Below, piece by piece: positions 17,639 to 27,839 of a DNA stretch of 64,000 bases (position 1 is its first letter; every line of letters starts with the position of its first letter). Made by a program: the position numbers and the translations under genes. Source of the stretch: an uncultured Pseudomonadota bacterium (GTDB lineage Bacteria > Pseudomonadota > Alphaproteobacteria > Rs-D84); NCBI GenBank assembly GCA_949283535.1, contig CASDTC010000003.1, positions 2,052 through 66,051 of the forward strand, written 5' to 3'. The notes under the pieces were generated by a model that was given only the letters and a program-made list of their open reading frames with translations, was not told the origin of the DNA and ran no database searches.

Positions 17639-20047
17639 ATGAATGGATTTTTTGAATATTTTGCAGGTGGCGGATTCCCATTAACAGCGATAATTCTGGT
17701 TATGGCGGTTGTTTTTGTGTTTATTGTATTGCTGATGTATATTCCTGTACTGACACGGCGAATTTTCCCAAAATTTGGATATACCAGGTATTCACAATAT
17801 TTGCCTTTTCAGACGGTATATAATGATAATTCAATGACGCTGACCGATGGCAGTATAATTCGTGTATATCATGTTGATGGGGTGCAAACCAGTATGCAGG
17901 ATGATGCAACGCGCGAAAAATTCTTGGATTTGCGGGCACAATTATTTAATCAAATCCGTGACCCAAATGTTGTTTTGCGATTTTATATGATACGCGATGC
18001 GGTTGATGAAAATACAAATTATGAATTTGATCAACCGGTTTTACAGCAAATTTATAATAAATGGAAATCCCAGGGTTTGCGTATATTTACAAATAATTAC
18101 TATATCGTTTTATCGGTTGGTGGCGCAAATGCGCGTGAAAAATTAAATCAATATGGTAATTATATTGAAACAATATTGGCGGCGTACAGACCAACGGTCT
18201 TGCGTAATGACGCGCCGAATAATATGGCAAAGTTCTTTGGACGAATTTTATCGCCAATTACCAAGCCGTCACCAATTGTGTGCGACCAGCGTATCGGGGA
18301 AGTAGCCACAGTCGATGATGTTGAATTTTTGAAAAATGGTATTGTTCGGTATATTGGGGCGGGGCGACAATCTTTTGCGGCAATGATTTCTTTTAAAATG
18401 TCGCCGGATTATTTAGATGAAGATTTCTTTAATTCTGTATCAACAATACAAACAGAAATGATTTGTATGAATGGATTTAATATTTTGGGAACCGCAGATG
18501 TTGAAAAGGTTATTCAACAACGACGCGCAACAACAAAAGAAAATGAAACAACCGCCGAAGAACAAATTTCAGCTGCGCAAAGTGCAATGGATGAAAATAT
18601 TTCCGGAAATCAAAGTTTGGTTAATTATTATCCATTGTTTGTTATATTTGGCGCAACAATTGATGATTTGCAGAAATATGTTGATGAATTTAATAAAATT
18701 GCGGCGTCGTTCGGGGTTTCGCCAATTGTTGAAACATTTGCATCAAAGGTTTCATGGTTTGCACAAATTCCAGGATTTAATACTTTCCCGCGCAGCTTTA
18801 AAATGTTATCACGGACGGCGGCAATCAGTATCCCAATGTCCAGTACACCGCGTGGTGTTGCAAACAGTGATTGGGGACCGGGACCGTTGGTTATTTTCCC
18901 AACAGCACAGGGTACGCCATATCAGTTTCAATTTCATGTGTCTGATAAACCCGCTGCGGTTGCACATACATTAACAATTGGTCCAACAGGTGGTGGTAAA
19001 ACGACTTTATTCAGTTTCTTGATATCACAATCATTGCGGCATCCGCGCTTAAAAGCATTTTTCTTTGACAGAAATAAAGGTGCAGAAATATTTACATTGG
19101 CGGTTGGTGGTAAATATATAACCATGCACGGTAAAGAAAAAGATCAAGATGTATTCCAAACACATTTAAATCCATTGAAAATGCCAGATACAGCGGAAAA
19201 TCGTGCGTTTTTACGCCGGTGGTTTGCAATGATTACGGGACAATCGGATGCAATTTCAGCCGATGAAATTGCGCGCGCTGTATCGGTGAATTTTGACTAC
19301 TTACAAGAAAAAGACAGATTGTTAAAAAATTTGTGGCAGAGCTGTTTTTCATCTGCAGGAAAAATGCGTCCGGAATTAAAAAAGTGGATTGACCCATTAC
19401 AATATGGGGATATATTTAATGAAGATTCTGATACATTGGATTTGAATTCCAGATTAACAACATTTGATTTTACAGAAATACTGCAAGACGAAGTTTTGGC
19501 ACCTGCGGTTATATCTTATATATTACACAGAATTAATAATATTACCGTATCTGGTGGAAATCCGTCATTAATCATGATTGATGAAACGGCGCCAATGCTG
19601 GAAAATAAAATGTTCCGTGATAATTTTATAACAGGTTTACAAGAAGGGCGCAAAAATCGCCAGGCATATATGGTCGCGTTCCAGCGCGCAAATGTGCTGG
19701 ATAAACTGGGAATCGGTGATGTTGTTCGTGGTCAAGCGCAAACAGTTTTGTTTTTCCGTAATCCTGCCGCAGATATTAATGATTATGCGCATTGGAATTT
19801 AAATCCGCTGGAAATGGCATTTATCCAGGGCAAGGCATATCCAAACCTGAAACGCGCGGTACTATTATCACGACCCGTTAATGGGGAATCTGTTATTTTA
19901 AATACTGAATTGGGCGGATTGGGGAATATGTTAAAATTGTTTGAATCAGGGCGGTCATCTGTATTACTGGCCGAAGAATTATACAAGCAATATGGTAATA
20001 ATTTTGTTGCAGAATATTTGAAAAAGCAGGGGGCAGGTAATTTATAA
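17639..20047 (+). CDS. virB4: type IV secretion ATPase VirB4/TrbE/CagE family
   Basis: This 802-aa protein has Walker A (GPTGGGKTT), Walker B-like (LIMIDETAPML) and an N-terminal membrane-associated region. Confidence 0.9.
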   Translation: MNGFFEYFAGGGFPLTAIILVMAVVFVFIVLLMYIPVLTRRIFPKFGYTRYSQYLPFQTVYNDNSMTLTDGSIIRVYHVDGVQTSMQDDATREKFLDLRAQLFNQIRDPNVVLRFYMIRDAVDENTNYEFDQPVLQQIYNKWKSQGLRIFTNNYYIVLSVGGANAREKLNQYGNYIETILAAYRPTVLRNDAPNNMAKFFGRILSPITKPSPIVCDQRIGEVATVDDVEFLKNGIVRYIGAGRQSFAAMISFKMSPDYLDEDFFNSVSTIQTEMICMNGFNILGTADVEKVIQQRRATTKENETTAEEQISAAQSAMDENISGNQSLVNYYPLFVIFGATIDDLQKYVDEFNKIAASFGVSPIVETFASKVSWFAQIPGFNTFPRSFKMLSRTAAISIPMSSTPRGVANSDWGPGPLVIFPTAQGTPYQFQFHVSDKPAAVAHTLTIGPTGGGKTTLFSFLISQSLRHPRLKAFFFDRNKGAEIFTLAVGGKYITMHGKEKDQDVFQTHLNPLKMPDTAENRAFLRRWFAMITGQSDAISADEIARAVSVNFDYLQEKDRLLKNLWQSCFSSAGKMRPELKKWIDPLQYGDIFNEDSDTLDLNSRLTTFDFTEILQDEVLAPAVISYILHRINNITVSGGNPSLIMIDETAPMLENKMFRDNFITGLQEGRKNRQAYMVAFQRANVLDKLGIGDVVRGQAQTVLFFRNPAADINDYAHWNLNPLEMAFIQGKAYPNLKRAVLLSRPVNGESVILNTELGGLGNMLKLFESGRSSVLLAEELYKQYGNNFVAEYLKKQGAGNL

Positions 20048-20050
20048 AAA

Positions 20051-20671
20051 ATGCATGTGAGGTGGTTGTTTAATCTTGCCGTAATTTTTGTGTCTGTTTC
20101 TGCATTTGCAGATGATGATTGTGTATCGTATAAATTAACCCCGCGTGTCGATTTAGAATTTCCAACATGGTCAAAGGAAGTTGTTCAACCATTGCGCCAT
20201 ATGGATTTATTGCATGGCAATGTTGTTGCAACAATGGTTGATAATTATGATATTGTTGCGGATATCACAAATATCGAAGATGGTTATTGTGTCGCGTTAA
20301 AGTCTGTTTATGCAACAGTTGGATATTCTGATTTTTTGGTTCAAATTGATATCAGGCATAAACCGAATACTTGTTCATATAACGCGATTTTATCACACGA
20401 AGATGAACATATTCGGGCATATTTGTCGGTAATGGATGATAACAGAAAAGATTTACAAGATTCTATATATCGTGCGGCAAATTCAATTCCGCCAATATTT
20501 GTACGAAGTGTTAATGATATTGATGCCGCAATTAATGAATTAAACGCAGAATTACAGGCACATCCAGATTTAATTTTGGCAAAACAAAAAATCAAAGCAG
20601 CCGAAGAAATTCGTAATAAACGCGTGGACCAGCATGATACTGGGCAAACATTGCGTAAATGTTTTGAATAA
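20051..20671 (+). CDS. secreted putative zinc metallopeptidase (HExxH; DUF922-like)
   Basis: It has a signal peptide (..VSVSAFA/DD), an HEDEH motif and a downstream ..DQHDTGQ.. region. The layout recalls DUF922 predicted peptidases. Confidence 0.45.
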   Translation: MHVRWLFNLAVIFVSVSAFADDDCVSYKLTPRVDLEFPTWSKEVVQPLRHMDLLHGNVVATMVDNYDIVADITNIEDGYCVALKSVYATVGYSDFLVQIDIRHKPNTCSYNAILSHEDEHIRAYLSVMDDNRKDLQDSIYRAANSIPPIFVRSVNDIDAAINELNAELQAHPDLILAKQKIKAAEEIRNKRVDQHDTGQTLRKCFE

Positions 20672-20696
20672 AAAACGCCCGTATGGGCGTTTTTTA
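20671..20696. terminator. bidirectional intrinsic terminator
   Basis: The sequence is A5-CGCCC-GTAT-GGGCG-T5, lying between convergent genes. Confidence 0.8.
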
Positions 20697-21026
20697 TTGG
20701 CGGGTGTATGTCATTGTCATATTACCATTTCGTAAAACCAATGTATCTGGGGTTAGTTTTTCTATTGTATATATTTCACTGAATTCAATTGTTTGACCAT
20801 TGCCAATACTGCGTCCAGTCATTTTTAATTCATTGCCATTTAATGTCCATGTGTCGTATTGCAATGTTGCCATGTTGACTGATTCTGCCGTGCCGTCTGG
20901 ATTTAATATAAATCCTTGGGTCATGGTTGGCATATTTGGGATGGGTTGAATCCATGTGCCGGATATGTCTGGGTTGGCGCATGCAATTAAAAATAAAGCA
21001 AATAAAACAGATAGTAATTTTTTCAT
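20694..21026 (-). CDS. small lipoprotein (110 aa)
   Basis: A signal peptide with lipobox LIAC is followed by a beta-rich, lipocalin-like-sized domain. Confidence 0.6.
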   Translation of the reverse strand: MKKLLSVLFALFLIACANPDISGTWIQPIPNMPTMTQGFILNPDGTAESVNMATLQYDTWTLNGNELKMTGRSIGNGQTIEFSEIYTIEKLTPDTLVLRNGNMTMTYTRQ

Positions 21027-21100
21027 AATTCTTTTTCTCCTGTGTGTTAATTATAGCAATAAATGCTTGCTATAAAAATATATTTTCATAAAATTTTGGC

Positions 21101-22717
21101 ATGCGTGCAGAAAATCTGACTTTATCGTTTGGAACAAATGTTGTGTATGATGGTGCCGGGTTTAATATGCCAGCACGGGCAAAGGTTGGTATTGTTGGTG
21201 TTAATGGTGCAGGAAAAACAACATTGTTTAAAATTATGTTGGGTCAAATTGTGCCAGATGCCGGGTTTATTGATACAGGGCGTGCAAATATTGGGTATTT
21301 ACCGCAACAGGTGGAAATAAAAAATCCAGATGAAACAGTTTGGGATTTTATTATATCGGCGCGTCCAATTGCACAATTGGAATCAGAGTTAAATGATTTA
21401 TATGTCGCATTGGCAAATTCGCCAGATGATGAAAATATCCAAAATAAAATATCACAAATTCAAGAAAGACTGGATTATTACGATATATATAATGCCGAGT
21501 CTGCAATGCTGGATATAATTGAAAATATGCAACTGGATAATTTGGTTGATATGCGCATATCTGATTTGTCTGGTGGGCAAAAGTCCAAGGTTGCATTTGC
21601 GCGTATGTTATATTCTGTGTCAGATATTTTATTGCTGGATGAACCGACAAATCATCTGGATGCGGCCAGTCGTGAATTCGTTTGTGATTATTTAAAGCAC
21701 TATAAAGGCAGTGTTCTGATTATCAGCCATGATACAGATTTTTTAAATAAAATTGTTTCAAAAATTTTATTTGTTGATAAAACAACGCATAAAATAACGC
21801 TGATTGATGGAAATTATGATGATTATAAAAATAAATTAGTACAAATGCGCGCACGCCAAAACGCAAAAATAGAATCAGAAAACAGGCAAATAAAGCATTT
21901 ATCTGAATTCGTTGCACGCGCAAATGCCGCCAGTCCAACAAATCACAGTATTAAAAAGGCTGGACATACACGCGCGGCGCAACTGAAAAAATTAATGGAA
22001 CACAGAACAATTCGTGATGTGGAATATAAAAAAGTAAAAATGAATTTGGCGCCATTGCATGATGGGGCGCGCTTTCCAATTATGGTGGATAATCTGTGGT
22101 TTAGGTATCCGGGCAAAAAACTGTTATATCGTAATTTGTCGTTTCATATTACTGGTGGTGAACGGTTTTTAATTGTTGGTGAAAATGGGGCGGGAAAGTC
22201 AACACTGTTGAAATTGATAATGGGATTTTTGACGCCTGAACGCGGTGTAATAGATATAAATCCTAAAACCGATATTGCATATTATGCCCAAGAATTAGAA
22301 CAGTTGGATTTAAGTAAATCGGTGTTGGAAAGTGTTGCCAGTCCGGAATATTCTGATTTGCAATTACGCGCGGCATTGGCAAATTTTTTGTTCTTTGGTA
22401 CGGATGTGTTCAAGCTTGTCGGGGTGTTATCGCCCGGGGAACGGGCGCGTGTGGCATTATGTAAATTATTATTGCGGCGGGCAAATTTATTAATATTGGA
22501 CGAGCCAACAAATCACCTGGATCCAGAAACGCAAATGATAATCGGGGATAATTTTAGGGATTTCCCAGGTACAATAATTGTGGTCAGCCATAACCCGGAA
22601 TTTGTTGAACAAATTGGTATTACGCGTATGCTGGTATTGCCGGCGGGGCGCATAGAAGACTATGACCATGAAAAATTGGAATATTATTATTCGGTGAACA
22701 GTGAAAATGATAAATAA
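21101..22717 (+). CDS. ABC-F family ATPase (no membrane domain)
   Basis: It has two ABC cassettes joined by a charged linker. Walker A motifs are GVNGAGKTT and GENGAGKST. Signature motifs are LSGGQ and LSPGE. Confidence 0.88.
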   Translation: MRAENLTLSFGTNVVYDGAGFNMPARAKVGIVGVNGAGKTTLFKIMLGQIVPDAGFIDTGRANIGYLPQQVEIKNPDETVWDFIISARPIAQLESELNDLYVALANSPDDENIQNKISQIQERLDYYDIYNAESAMLDIIENMQLDNLVDMRISDLSGGQKSKVAFARMLYSVSDILLLDEPTNHLDAASREFVCDYLKHYKGSVLIISHDTDFLNKIVSKILFVDKTTHKITLIDGNYDDYKNKLVQMRARQNAKIESENRQIKHLSEFVARANAASPTNHSIKKAGHTRAAQLKKLMEHRTIRDVEYKKVKMNLAPLHDGARFPIMVDNLWFRYPGKKLLYRNLSFHITGGERFLIVGENGAGKSTLLKLIMGFLTPERGVIDINPKTDIAYYAQELEQLDLSKSVLESVASPEYSDLQLRAALANFLFFGTDVFKLVGVLSPGERARVALCKLLLRRANLLILDEPTNHLDPETQMIIGDNFRDFPGTIIVVSHNPEFVEQIGITRMLVLPAGRIEDYDHEKLEYYYSVNSENDK

Positions 22718-23035
22718 AGTTCAATCAGTAATTGAATTTTTATAATTATTCTTATTTTTGTATTGCGGGATTTTTATGCAGAATTCAACTATAACGGGAA
22801 TTGATTGCTTGTTTTATTGATGTTTGTTGTGATGTAGTGTTTTATTTGCTGTAATAAATAGAATTTTTATAAATGTTCAATCATAACAAGAAATTATGTT
22901 TAGTTTTGTTTGCGATTGGTCTTTTGGTTGTTTTTTGTCTGGTTTCTTTTGCTGGTTGATTGGCGGTGGATTTACGGCGTCACCCGGAAATTTTTGCCGG
23001 GGGCAAACCGGCGTACTGCCGTCCGCCTGGTTTCT

Positions 23036-23075
23036 GCGGTTGAACCACATTGCTTCTGTGGTTCAAATCCAACAC
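23036..23075. repeat. inverted repeat derived from the T-arm of the adjacent tRNA-fMet
   Basis: A 9-bp perfect hairpin pairs TTGAACCAC (23040-48) with GTGGTTCAA (23058-66). Segment 23055-23075, TCTGTGGTTCAAATCCAACAC, equals the tRNA sense sequence TCTGTGGTTCAAATCCACAC plus one inserted A. Confidence 0.7.
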
Positions 23076-23089
23076 AACACATGTAAAAC

Positions 23090-23118
23090 AAAAAATACAC
23101 CACAAGGGTGTATTTTTT
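23090..23118. terminator. bidirectional intrinsic terminator just 3' of tRNA-fMet
   Basis: The sequence is A6-TACACC-ACAAG-GGTGTA-T6. Confidence 0.75.
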
Positions 23119-23126
23119 ATTTTAAC

Positions 23127-23203
<77 letters not shown>

Positions 23204-23349
23204 ATAAACGGGTCAAATTATAGTATATTTTTATTTTGTTGTCAAATAAAAATCATTTCTATGATTTTACACGCTTTTTTCTTCATACCTTGAAATATGA
23301 TTTTTTTACTGCTAAAATCCAAATCGCATTTATATAAAGAGCATAGATC

Positions 23350-24141
23350 ATGTATCAAACTTTTAGAAAATTGTGGAAAGGCTTTTGGGAGCCTGTATTG
23401 CGAATGGATTGGGTTCAATGGATTGTTGCTGGATTAATGGCAATCGCAATCTGGTTCGTTTATTTTACATGTCGCAAACGTATTACAAATTGGGAAACTT
23501 TTAAAAAATATCGGAAAAAGCCCGCAATCTTTATTTTCTGGCATGGGCGCAGTATGATGTTGTCGCCAATTGTTTGTTTGGGGGGGATGCGGGCGTATGC
23601 GGTTGCATCCCGTCATAAAGACGGTCGCATGATGGCAAAATTACAGCGATTGTTCGGTTTAAAATCTATTTATGGCAGTACATCTGATGGTGGAATTTCT
23701 GTTTTGCGCCAAGGGGTGCGGGTATTGCGTCGTGGGAACTATTCAATGTGTATGTCGCCCGATGGTCCGGGTGGTCCATCGCTGCGTGTGCAAGATGGCG
23801 CGTTATATTTTGCAAAAATGACGGGTGCGCCAATTATTCCGGTTTGTTATTCGGCATCGCATGCATGGTTTCAAAAACGGTGGGACAGGTATTTGGTCGT
23901 ATTGCCTTTTTCACTGATTACATGTAAGGTTGGAAAGCCGATATTTATTGATTCTAAAATCAATGCCACGGAATTTGAGGCTTTGCGTAAAAAGGTAGAA
24001 GATATTATGGTGCGCCAGGTTCGTGAAATGGATGGCGAATTTAATTTGTTCCGTGTTGAACAAGATTTAACATCGACAGAATTTAAACAGAAACTGCGCG
24101 AAGAACGCGCCCATAAAAAAGCAGAAAAAAAGAAAAAATAA
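23350..24141 (+). CDS. DUF374-type lysophospholipid acyltransferase-like protein
   Basis: It contains ..IFWHGRSMM...ASRHKDGRMMA...GSTSDGG...SPDGPGGP.., the DUF374 pattern. Its position upstream of lpxK is as seen in many proteobacteria. Confidence 0.7.
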   Translation: MYQTFRKLWKGFWEPVLRMDWVQWIVAGLMAIAIWFVYFTCRKRITNWETFKKYRKKPAIFIFWHGRSMMLSPIVCLGGMRAYAVASRHKDGRMMAKLQRLFGLKSIYGSTSDGGISVLRQGVRVLRRGNYSMCMSPDGPGGPSLRVQDGALYFAKMTGAPIIPVCYSASHAWFQKRWDRYLVVLPFSLITCKVGKPIFIDSKINATEFEALRKKVEDIMVRQVREMDGEFNLFRVEQDLTSTEFKQKLREERAHKKAEKKKK

Positions 24142-25043
24142 TGAAAACACCGTGGTGGTTTTTACATAAAACGCCGCTGGCATTTTTATTGGTGCCAGTG
24201 TCATGGATTTATTATTTAATTGGGCGGTTTGTTTATTTATTTCGTAAAATTGGTGCATATAAATCATCGCGTCCGGTTATTTGTATTGGAAATATATTGG
24301 CGGGCGGGGTTGGAAAAACACCAATTGTGCGCGCGGTTGCAAAATATTTTGATGCACCGGTTGTTATGCGTGGATATAAAAAAAGCGCAAAAACAGGCGA
24401 TGTTGGTGATGAAGCAACCATGTTGGCACGCGATGGTATCCAGGTGCATGTTGGCGACAGAAAAAGTAATATAATGTTATTAGATAAGCAAACAGATAAT
24501 CATTGCCCAATAATTATGGATGATGGGTTTCAAAATCCAACAGTAAAAAAGAATATTTCTGTTCTGGTATTTAATCAGGCAATTGGATATGGAAATGGTT
24601 TTATGTTGCCGGCGGGACCATTGCGTGAACCACGGCGTGCTGTGCGGCGGGCGGATGCAATAATTGTTGTGCGTAATTCAAAACCACGGCGGAAATTTGT
24701 TTTACCAACAGATAAACCGGTGTTTTATGCCACAACCACAACAATATCACCGTATGATGAAGATGAAAAATTATATGCATTTGCAGGTATTGGGTATCCG
24801 AAAAAATTCTTTGCCGCGTTAAAAAATGTTGTTGGAAAAAAATCTTTTTCTGATCATTATCAATATACAGATGAAGATTTAAAAAAATTAATTGCCGCGG
24901 CATCACGACGCAGTGCAAAACTGATTACAACAGAAAAAGACTGGGTGCGTTTGCCAGATTGGGCGCGCAGTGAAATAAAATATGCGCGTTTAGATATGCT
25001 GATTGATAATGCATTTTATGAATGGATAAAAGAGAAAATCTGA
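24141..25043 (+). CDS. lpxK: tetraacyldisaccharide 4'-kinase
   Basis: It has an N-terminal membrane helix and the P-loop GNILAGGVGKTP characteristic of LpxK. Confidence 0.85.
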   Translation: MKTPWWFLHKTPLAFLLVPVSWIYYLIGRFVYLFRKIGAYKSSRPVICIGNILAGGVGKTPIVRAVAKYFDAPVVMRGYKKSAKTGDVGDEATMLARDGIQVHVGDRKSNIMLLDKQTDNHCPIIMDDGFQNPTVKKNISVLVFNQAIGYGNGFMLPAGPLREPRRAVRRADAIIVVRNSKPRRKFVLPTDKPVFYATTTTISPYDEDEKLYAFAGIGYPKKFFAALKNVVGKKSFSDHYQYTDEDLKKLIAAASRRSAKLITTEKDWVRLPDWARSEIKYARLDMLIDNAFYEWIKEKI

Positions 25044-25987
25044 TGGTTGCAACATTAAAAAAACAAGTAAATATTACAGGTAAGGGGATTCATTCTGGAT
25101 TGCCGGTGAATATGATTGTTCATCCGTCTGACCGACACGGAATTTTTTTTCATCGCAGTGATATTCCAGAATCTGGTTTAATACCGGCAACATATGATAA
25201 TGTTGGTGATACATCAATGCGCAATACCACAATTGGTAATATAAATGGCGCGCATGTTCAGACAATTGAACATTTAATGGCGGCGCTGTTTATGGCGGGG
25301 ATTGACAGTGCAATAATTGATATTGATGGTCCAGAAACACCAATTTTAGATGGCAGTGCAGAGCAATTTTATAATGCGTTTATTGATGCCGGAATAACGG
25401 GAAATGGACGCCGCAAAGTTATTGTTAAGCAGCCTGTAATTGCATACGCGCGCGAGGTTCGTCGTACTTTAAAATTATGGGTGCGGATAAAGTTATGGTT
25501 CTTTGAAAAATTGGCGGGGCGTAAAAATGATGGTTTTGTAAAATTGATGCCGTCTGATAATAATTCGTTGGAAATTGTGGCAACATTGGTTTATCCAGAA
25601 AAAATAATTGGGCGCCAGACATATTCGTATGTGTTTCGTGATGATAAGAAATCTGTGTCTGATTTTGTTAAAAATGTTGCACGTGCGCGTACATTTGGCA
25701 AATATTCTGAATGGGGATATTTAAAGGCGCATGGTATGGGACGCGGGGCAGATGAAACAAATGTCATTGCATTAAATGATGCGGGGGATGGGACACTGAA
25801 TAATACAATATGGCCGGATGAATTTGTGCGGCACAAAATAATTGATGCAATTGGTGATATGTATACATCTGGTGGTTTTGTTATCGGAAAACTGGAATCA
25901 TACAAGGGCAGTCATGCGCTAAATAATATGGTGTTAAAAAAATTGTTCAGCAATCCAGCAAATTATGATATAATTGAATCAAAGTAA
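25043..25987 (+). CDS. lpxC: UDP-3-O-acyl-GlcNAc deacetylase
   Basis: The start was set at ATG 25043, in a TGATG overlap with the lpxK stop. LpxC motifs are present (..TGKGIHSGL.., ..TIEHLMAAL.., ..HKIIDAIGD..). Confidence 0.88.
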   Translation: MVATLKKQVNITGKGIHSGLPVNMIVHPSDRHGIFFHRSDIPESGLIPATYDNVGDTSMRNTTIGNINGAHVQTIEHLMAALFMAGIDSAIIDIDGPETPILDGSAEQFYNAFIDAGITGNGRRKVIVKQPVIAYAREVRRTLKLWVRIKLWFFEKLAGRKNDGFVKLMPSDNNSLEIVATLVYPEKIIGRQTYSYVFRDDKKSVSDFVKNVARARTFGKYSEWGYLKAHGMGRGADETNVIALNDAGDGTLNNTIWPDEFVRHKIIDAIGDMYTSGGFVIGKLESYKGSHALNNMVLKKLFSNPANYDIIESK

Positions 25988-26005
25988 AAATATAGGGTTT
26001 TAATT

Positions 26006-26449
26006 ATGAAAAAAGCATTGGCATTTTGTTCACTGGTGTTGGCATTGGCGGCATGTGGTGGAATGATAAAACCAGAAAATGGCAGTCAATATCTAACACA
26101 ATTGGATGCGGAACCGATTGGTTGTACATTCTTGTATAAAATTGAGTCAGAGGTTTCAGTATATGATGCAGATGATGCGCGTACATATTTGGAAAACAGA
26201 ATTGTTGACCAGGCGCGTCCAGGAAATGCATATTGGATTACCAGCCAGCGTACGCGTCCAAATGAATGGGTGATTTTTGGACCGGAACGCGCGTTTATAC
26301 TGGTCGCAAATGTTTATGATTGTCCACATCCAAATTCTGTTCGTACCGCCGCTGATGGTGGCAGCAGTATAACAGCAACACCGATTTTGGTTGAACATCA
26401 AATAAATTGCAGTGGTGCAATGTATGGTGGACAAACAGGTGGATGCTGA
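26006..26449 (+). CDS. lipoprotein (147 aa)
   Basis: It has a signal peptide with lipobox LAAC. No confident family assignment was made. Confidence 0.6.
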   Translation: MKKALAFCSLVLALAACGGMIKPENGSQYLTQLDAEPIGCTFLYKIESEVSVYDADDARTYLENRIVDQARPGNAYWITSQRTRPNEWVIFGPERAFILVANVYDCPHPNSVRTAADGGSSITATPILVEHQINCSGAMYGGQTGGC

Positions 26450-26478
26450 TATTAAAAAAATTAAAATATTAAAAATTA

Positions 26479-26506
26479 ACCGCCGTTATGAAATGCGGCG
26501 GTTTTT
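26479..26506 (+). terminator. intrinsic terminator
   Basis: An ACCGCCG...CGGCGGT stem is followed by TTTTT. Confidence 0.7.
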
Positions 26507-26576
26507 ACTGTATTCTGTGTTTGCCAAAACAGATGTTTTTATGTTATAATTATTTAAAATATTATAGAGAGAGAAA

Positions 26577-27839
26577 TTGTCAGGTCAGGTTATAACCATT
26601 AACAGAAAAAAATATGCCGTTGGATTGTTTTGGCAACCAACGGGGGCGGGGTATGTTGCGCGAACATATGCCAGAACACTGGCACGCAGTATTGATAAAA
26701 AATTGAATTTGTATACGGAATACCGCGCAATGGTTGGTTTGGGGTCTAAACGCGCCGGACATCGCGTTGGTATGGACAGTGCGGCGGCGGCGGTTACAGA
26801 TGCGCTGGGGGAATATTCATCTTTCTTGGCGGTTTTTCAAATTGATAAATTATTTTATTTGGTTGCGGTTCGTAATGGCGTAATACTGGAAGATAAAATT
26901 TTTGATAAAGAAGAAGATGCGCGTGCAGAATATTTTAAGCTGTCTGAAATACCGGATTGGGGTGCGTTATTTGCACCATCATCGTGGGGTATGCCGCGTG
27001 CTGTTGAACGAAATATATCTGATTTAATTATGCGTGCAGTGCGCGCGCCATTGCGTCCAATCAGTCGTATTGGTGCAGGTATAATTTCTGGGGTGTTATT
27101 ATTGGTATTTGTGTTGGGGGCAATGTGGTTCTTTCGTGAGCCATTAGAACAAATTGCAACAACATCTGAAATTTCAGAAATTAGTAATCCTGAATTAGCC
27201 GCAGAATTAGAAAAACGGGTTGAAGAAAAAAACAAAGAATTAGATGCAGCGTTTGATATTGATAAACCAACGCCACCCCAGCCAATTGTTTTGCCGTATG
27301 AATATCTGCCAGATCCGATTATTCGCGCCCAGGTTTGTTATCAGGCAATGGGATTTTTAATGCAGCCGATAACCGGGTGGGTACAAACATCGGTGGAATG
27401 TGGTGAAGAATATGCAACAGTTCAATTTGTGCGTGATTATGGTACATTGGATGATTTTTATTTAATGGCAACAGAATTAATGCCGGCATCATTTGTTCAA
27501 CAAGAATCTGAAAATTCATTGACTGTTCGGGCAAAATTGCCGAATGTGCCAACAATTGCATCAATTGATGAACGCGATGTTGAAACAGTACTGCGTGCGG
27601 TTATGACGGCGTTTCAGGGTATTGATACACCGGCAGATGCCCAGATGGTTGTGGATACATTAACAAATGGCGTTGATACGGTATATCTGAATGTGGTAGA
27701 AGTTGCGGCGGAATCAAAGTTGATACCAACGCAATTTATGCGCATCTTTGACGATTTTGGCGGTGTGTATATGACGCGTTGTGCATGGAATGCGTCATCG
27801 CGCACATGGAACTATGAGGTGATTATCTATGCAAAATAA
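26577..27839 (+). CDS. type IVb pilus accessory protein, PilO (R64) / PilO2-like
   Basis: It uses a TTG start after an AGAGAGAGAA RBS. The N-terminal 'KKYAVGLFWQP' segment and a single mid-protein TM resemble the PilO/PilO2 family as recalled. It sits first in a pilO-P-Q-R-like order. Confidence 0.5.
   Translation: MSGQVITINRKKYAVGLFWQPTGAGYVARTYARTLARSIDKKLNLYTEYRAMVGLGSKRAGHRVGMDSAAAAVTDALGEYSSFLAVFQIDKLFYLVAVRNGVILEDKIFDKEEDARAEYFKLSEIPDWGALFAPSSWGMPRAVERNISDLIMRAVRAPLRPISRIGAGIISGVLLLVFVLGAMWFFREPLEQIATTSEISEISNPELAAELEKRVEEKNKELDAAFDIDKPTPPQPIVLPYEYLPDPIIRAQVCYQAMGFLMQPITGWVQTSVECGEEYATVQFVRDYGTLDDFYLMATELMPASFVQQESENSLTVRAKLPNVPTIASIDERDVETVLRAVMTAFQGIDTPADAQMVVDTLTNGVDTVYLNVVEVAAESKLIPTQFMRIFDDFGGVYMTRCAWNASSRTWNYEVIIYAK

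Noticed and set aside
22955-23089. The idea that the GC-rich structured segment is SRP (4.5S) RNA or a two-piece alphaproteobacterial tmRNA.
   Set aside because: The conserved SRP domain IV sequences (GGAA tetraloop with AGCA/GGAAGCAGC context) are absent. No tmRNA tag reading frame ending in ..AA-stop and no acceptor/T-arm ending in CCA could be found on either strand.
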